In this document: in pieces, positions 60,114-64,000 of the stretch
How the letters are laid out: each line of letters starts with the position of its first letter
Numbering within the stretch: the first letter of the stretch is position 1
Assembly: GCA_963662275.1 (NCBI GenBank)
Contig: OY759316.1
Location: 256,001-320,000 of the forward strand
DNA: 64,000 nucleotides
Reading direction: 5' to 3'
DNA from: Candidatus Cloacimonadales bacterium
GTDB taxonomy: Bacteria; Cloacimonadota; Cloacimonadia; Cloacimonadales; DAONDQ01
Notes under the pieces: model-generated
What the model was told of the DNA's origin: nothing
Seen by the model: only the letters and a program-made list of their open reading frames with translations
The model's database searches: none
Translations under genes and position numbers: made by a program

Positions 60114-60654
60114 AGGCTTTCAAATCCAGGCTTGATTTACATACAGGTTTTTTCATTTTCCACAATACCATCAGATCAATTTCCTTATTCATACTTTCGA
60201 TATGCATCTTTTTAAGGTATGAATCCAAGTGAATATCGATTTTTGTCCATTCCGGCTTTGCCGGTAAAGAATATTCCACATTCTCCATCAATTGCTTCAT
60301 TTCAGCATAGCTTTTTACCGATCTTGCCTGGTGCTGCTCCTGTAAATATATTCGGTAGATTGACGATAACGGATCATATTGAACGGAATGTCTAAATACT
60401 TGCTTATGCAGCATATTCTTGTTTTGTTTGACTTCCAGATTGAACCAGACATCAACTTGTTTACCTGATTGGAAGATTTCCTGGAAGTCGTTATCAAAAG
60501 AGTTTTCCAAATGTGTTTGAAGAATCAGGTAACTTCCGCTATTTTTGATATGTAATGCACTAAAATCAGCATCATTTCCTTTAAATGAGGAAAAGAGAAA
60601 TACGGAAATTGTGACTAGATTCGCTAAGAGTTTCTGTCCGAGCAAACCCCCCAT
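60103..60654 (-). CDS. DUF4390-like exported protein
   Basis: N-terminal hydrophobic segment; VQYDPLSSIYRI resembles DUF4390; sits directly upstream of ntrY-like, a known arrangement. Confidence 0.6.
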   Translation of the reverse strand: MGGLLGQKLLANLVTISVFLFSSFKGNDADFSALHIKNSGSYLILQTHLENSFDNDFQEIFQSGKQVDVWFNLEVKQNKNMLHKQVFRHSVQYDPLSSIYRIYLQEQHQARSVKSYAEMKQLMENVEYSLPAKPEWTKIDIHLDSYLKKMHIESMNKEIDLMVLWKMKKPVCKSSLDLKAYEN

Positions 60655-60697
60655 ATATAAACTCCTTTATATCCATCTTCCATGTATGTATAAACGC

Positions 60698-60725
60698 ATG
60701 TTAGCTTATTATCTACTATTGTCAA
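60698..60725 (-). promoter_or_regulatory. Putative sigma70 promoter
   Basis: TTGACA-16 nt-TAACAT upstream of ATG 60654. Confidence 0.4.
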
Positions 60726-60755
60726 TCTTTATAGTGTTTGTTTTGGATGAAGCAA

Positions 60756-60783
60756 AGGGAGAGTATTATATGATACTCTCCCT
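60756..60783. terminator. Hairpin, probable terminator after the PDZ-barrel gene
   Basis: AGGGAGAGTAT / ATACTCTCCCT stem. Confidence 0.55.
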
Positions 60784-60826
60784 GTAATGCCAGGTAGAAT
60801 CGGAGGATTCTATTTAGATGAGGCGT

Positions 60827-62059
60827 TTAAAATCCAAACCACGGACCGATAGAAAACGTTAAGTTATCGAAGGATGTATTTGGAGAATTTTTTACTTGGG
60901 CATCATGATTATTTGTAACTATCCACCCATCTTGACTTGAGTAGCCCATCATATATCCTACTTCACCTCGGATGGCAAGCCAGGATAGTAAATTATAGAT
61001 TAATTCCGTTTTGGGTTGAAAAACGATATAGCCACGTTTCATATTTACTTCATTCTTAACCAGGTTTACGCTCGAAATATCATCCCAGTGATAACCACCG
61101 GTAGGACTAACAGATCGTTCCTCTGTTATTACTAAAGACTGTTCTCCACCACCCAGTAAAAATCCGATAGAACCTGTGATATGCTTGGCAATATGGAAAC
61201 GTTTATCAAGAGTAACACCACCAAAACTGACAGCATATCTCATTTTATGGGTCGAGTCATCGACATCGAGGTAATTTCTTTTTAACTGATAACCTGCCCC
61301 CATTCCCCCAATGAAAAACCCTTTTCCTACATTTCCTTTTCCAGCACCACCATTCAGGAATAAACCCTTGTTTGATATTTCTTTGAAATCAGAACCCATA
61401 TTGTTTTTAACATGTTTTAGCGCATAATTCACATCATCTGTATTCAACATGAACCATACTGGTGTCCATGAACCACCACCATAGCCAACAGAATGAGATT
61501 TCTTTTTAGTCGTAATAGAAATTGTACCAGGTACATTTTCCACAGGTTTTGACTTCGAGCCAAGAACAAAAGGAATGACTAACTGCTCTTTATTACGAAA
61601 GATTGTAAAATGAGCCGTATCACCAGGTGCATAGGATTGTAAGATCTTGAGGAGTTGATCTTTATTAGCAATATTATTGGCATCGATTTTCATCAGGATA
61701 TCATCAACCATAAGTTTGTATTTCTGAGCAGGAGAACCTTGACTAATTCCTGTTATAAGTATTCCGAACAATTCGCGATATCCTTTCTGGTATGCCTGAT
61801 CAAGTGTCATATCATCTGTGAATATACCAATGAATGCACCGCCATCTTCTTCATCAGAATCATTGGTCATAGTGATTTGAATATTCTTCTTCACTTTTGG
61901 ATCCATATTACCAGCATTGTCCATGATTAATTTTACATTATCTTCAGTCAAACCTGTCGAATTCTTCTCGAAGATGATTTTTTTCTCTACTTTTTCCTGT
62001 GCATAAGCAACATAAAAGCAGATCGATACTAGCATAAGAATCAATAAAAGTCGTTTCAT
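60827..62059 (-). CDS. Exported PDZ-domain protein with putative C-terminal outer-membrane beta-barrel
   Basis: Start moved to ATG 62059 behind GGAGG. PDZ AFIGI...GILITGISQGSPAQKYKLMVDDILMKID. Gly/aromatic strands follow; ends FSIGPWFGF. Confidence 0.75.
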   Translation of the reverse strand: MKRLLLILMLVSICFYVAYAQEKVEKKIIFEKNSTGLTEDNVKLIMDNAGNMDPKVKKNIQITMTNDSDEEDGGAFIGIFTDDMTLDQAYQKGYRELFGILITGISQGSPAQKYKLMVDDILMKIDANNIANKDQLLKILQSYAPGDTAHFTIFRNKEQLVIPFVLGSKSKPVENVPGTISITTKKKSHSVGYGGGSWTPVWFMLNTDDVNYALKHVKNNMGSDFKEISNKGLFLNGGAGKGNVGKGFFIGGMGAGYQLKRNYLDVDDSTHKMRYAVSFGGVTLDKRFHIAKHITGSIGFLLGGGEQSLVITEERSVSPTGGYHWDDISSVNLVKNEVNMKRGYIVFQPKTELIYNLLSWLAIRGEVGYMMGYSSQDGWIVTNNHDAQVKNSPNTSFDNLTFSIGPWFGF

Positions 62060-62342
62060 AATTAACCTCCAGTTTAATATCATGTTTCTCATTTACAATT
62101 GATAACGCAAAGGATGAGCCAAAGCAGTATAAATTTATATTCTTATGCATAACAATACTTTATGGATTTAATACAGGAAGTGTAAAGAGAGGAATTATAT
62201 CATATTGATATATATGATATATCATTCTGAGATCGCCCTCTTTAATCCCGGCACTTGAAATCGGATAGCTAATAATTTTCGGTAAAGTAACGCATACTCA
62301 ATGTTGCTGGATTTTTATAAGCCGTTTCCTAAAGTATACAAT

Positions 62343-62370
62343 AAAAAAAGCAGGTCATTCGACCTGCTTT
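62343..62370 (-). terminator. Intrinsic terminator downstream of rpoD
   Basis: AAAGCAGGTC-ATTC-GACCTGCTTT with an A7 tract on +. Confidence 0.8.
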
Positions 62371-62391
62371 ATTAATAATAGATTATTATTT

Positions 62392-62414
62392 GTAGAATCG
62401 GAATCTTACTCTAC
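62392..62414 (-). repeat. Solitary degenerate copy of the 44309 REP family
   Basis: Minus strand GTAGAGTAAGATTCCGATTCTAC versus GTGGAGTAGGATTCCGATCCTAC. Confidence 0.7.
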
Positions 62415-62447
62415 TCACATACCCGTTAAAGTGGTTGCTACAAAAAA

Positions 62448-64000
62448 TTAACCTTTGATATTGAAATTCTCAATGAATTCCATGAGTATTCCGCTACGAG
62501 TAGGATGACGAAGTTTACGGAGAGCCTTGTCTTCGATTTGGCGAATACGTTCACGAGTAACATTGAAAATATTTCCCACTTCTTCCAACGTTCGATGGTA
62601 ACCGTCGTCAATCCCGAAACGTAACCGTATAACGCGTTCTTCGCGAGTACTGAGCGTTTTCAGCAGTTCATCGACTTGTTTCTTCAAGAGAGTACGTTCT
62701 GCCATCCTTTCGGGGGATATGGTTGTCCTATCCTCGATGAAGTCACCGAGGATACTATCTTCACTGTCATGCCCTATCGGCTTGTCAATAGAGACGGGTT
62801 CCTTGGAGATGGACATGATGTTCTTTATCTTCTCAAGGGGCATATCCAAAGCTTCTGCAATTTCCTCTGGATAGGGCTCACGTCCAAGTTTTTGCATTAG
62901 ACGTCTGCTGGTACGATTGATCTTGTTGATTGATTCGATCATATGTACTGGTACACGGATTGTACGTGCCTGGTCAGCGATTGCTCTCGTGATTGCCTGA
63001 CGAATCCACCACGTAGCATAAGTGCTGAATTTATAGCCCTTTCGGTAGTCATATTTCTCAACAGCACGCATCAGACCGGTATTACCTTCCTGGATGAGAT
63101 CGAGGAAGTCGAGTCCGCGGTTGTTGTATCTCTTTGCAATGCTAATAACCAATCTAACATTTGCTTCTATCATTTCATTCTGGGCGCGTTCTTTCATTTT
63201 CTCACCGCGTTCAACTTCCCGAAGAAGGAAGACAAGCTCATTGGCTGTCATCTTGGTTTCGAGTTCTACACGGCGTATTTTACGCCTGGCGTTCTTGATC
63301 TTTCTCAAGGTTTCCACAAAGACAGTAGGATCAACATTAGTTTCCTGCTGTACTTCTACGAAATCTTCATCTGATTTTTTAGCACGACGACCGTAAGTAC
63401 AGATTTCATCGATAGTATATTTCTTGATACGTGTCAGATCATTGATCGTTTTCCGGCTTTCTTCAATTCTATCAACAAGGCTACGAATACGATATACCAT
63501 ACGTTTGATGAGTTTATCATTAAATCCAAGTTGATTGAAAAGGCTAACGATGTGGATACGTTTTCCGTCAATTTCTTCCTGTCTGTTAGCAGTACCAGTA
63601 TCATCAAAATCTGAATTATCGAGAATTTCACCAATCTGATCAAAAAAAACTTCAGAGTCTTTCAGGATTTCCCTGAATTTCTCCATCATTTTGGCATCTT
63701 GGCTCTTATCCATCCAGGAACCAAATTCTATTTTAAATATCTGATCAATACGTACTCTTTTTTCCTTATATCTGTGCAGAAAATTATACATTTCTCGAAG
63801 TGTGCTGCCAGATTTGAATACATTATTATTGATCATTTTCTGGTAGGTTTCAATTTTCTTGGCAATGCGGATTTCACCATCCCTGTCGAGAAGTGGAACA
63901 CGCCCCATCTCTCGCAAATACATGCGGACAGGGTCGTCATAATAACGTTTGGTTTTGAATTTCTTGGGGGCAGCTACTTTTTTGACTTGGAGAGTGCTTT
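62448..64000 (-). CDS. rpoD: RNA polymerase primary sigma factor (5' end outside the window)
   Basis: Frame stays open to the edge (...[16 protein letters not shown]); [55 protein letters not shown]. Confidence 0.96.
   Translation of the reverse strand, partial: STLQVKKVAAPKKFKTKRYYDDPVRMYLREMGRVPLLDRDGEIRIAKKIETYQKMINNNVFKSGSTLREMYNFLHRYKEKRVRIDQIFKIEFGSWMDKSQDAKMMEKFREILKDSEVFFDQIGEILDNSDFDDTGTANRQEEIDGKRIHIVSLFNQLGFNDKLIKRMVYRIRSLVDRIEESRKTINDLTRIKKYTIDEICTYGRRAKKSDEDFVEVQQETNVDPTVFVETLRKIKNARRKIRRVELETKMTANELVFLLREVERGEKMKERAQNEMIEANVRLVISIAKRYNNRGLDFLDLIQEGNTGLMRAVEKYDYRKGYKFSTYATWWIRQAITRAIADQARTIRVPVHMIESINKINRTSRRLMQKLGREPYPEEIAEALDMPLEKIKNIMSISKEPVSIDKPIGHDSEDSILGDFIEDRTTISPERMAERTLLKKQVDELLKTLSTREERVIRLRFGIDDGYHRTLEEVGNIFNVTRERIRQIEDKALRKLRHPTRSGILMEFIENFNIKG

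Noticed and set aside
62100..62340. tRNA or riboswitch downstream of rpoD
   Set aside because: No cloverleaf or recognisable aptamer by eye; a covariance-model search would be needed to exclude one fully.

Overview
AT-rich bacterial chromosomal window, most likely from Cloacimonadota or a related FCB-group anaerobe. This is inferred from FlgD/T9SS-type C-terminal domains, C25 gingipain-like proteins and lysine 5,6-aminomutase. The window is dominated by large secreted proteins. Six end in a FlgD-Ig/T9SS type-A-like sorting domain. Three protease-family proteins (two tandem C25 paralogs and one S8) instead end in a different shared ~75-aa FN3-like domain with an 'FY-x-[VI]-T' tail. Both C25 paralogs have Tyr where gingipains have the catalytic His. 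Other genes include a PorV/UPF0164-like barrel, hppA, pepF, TetR, kamDE, a ferritin-like protein, a NEW3/ABC/two-component operon, an M29 aminopeptidase, a lipoprotein-barrel pair, DUF4390-ntrY-ntrX, a PDZ-barrel fusion and partial rpoD. Intergenic DNA carries several REP-like palindrome families, some amplified into BIME-like arrays, plus 11-bp tandem repeats. At ~4260 two apparently 5'-truncated genes overlap head to head, suggesting a rearrangement or assembly breakpoint. I saw no rRNA, tRNA, CRISPR, transposase, integrase or reverse transcriptase. All family assignments come from motif recognition by eye, not database searches.
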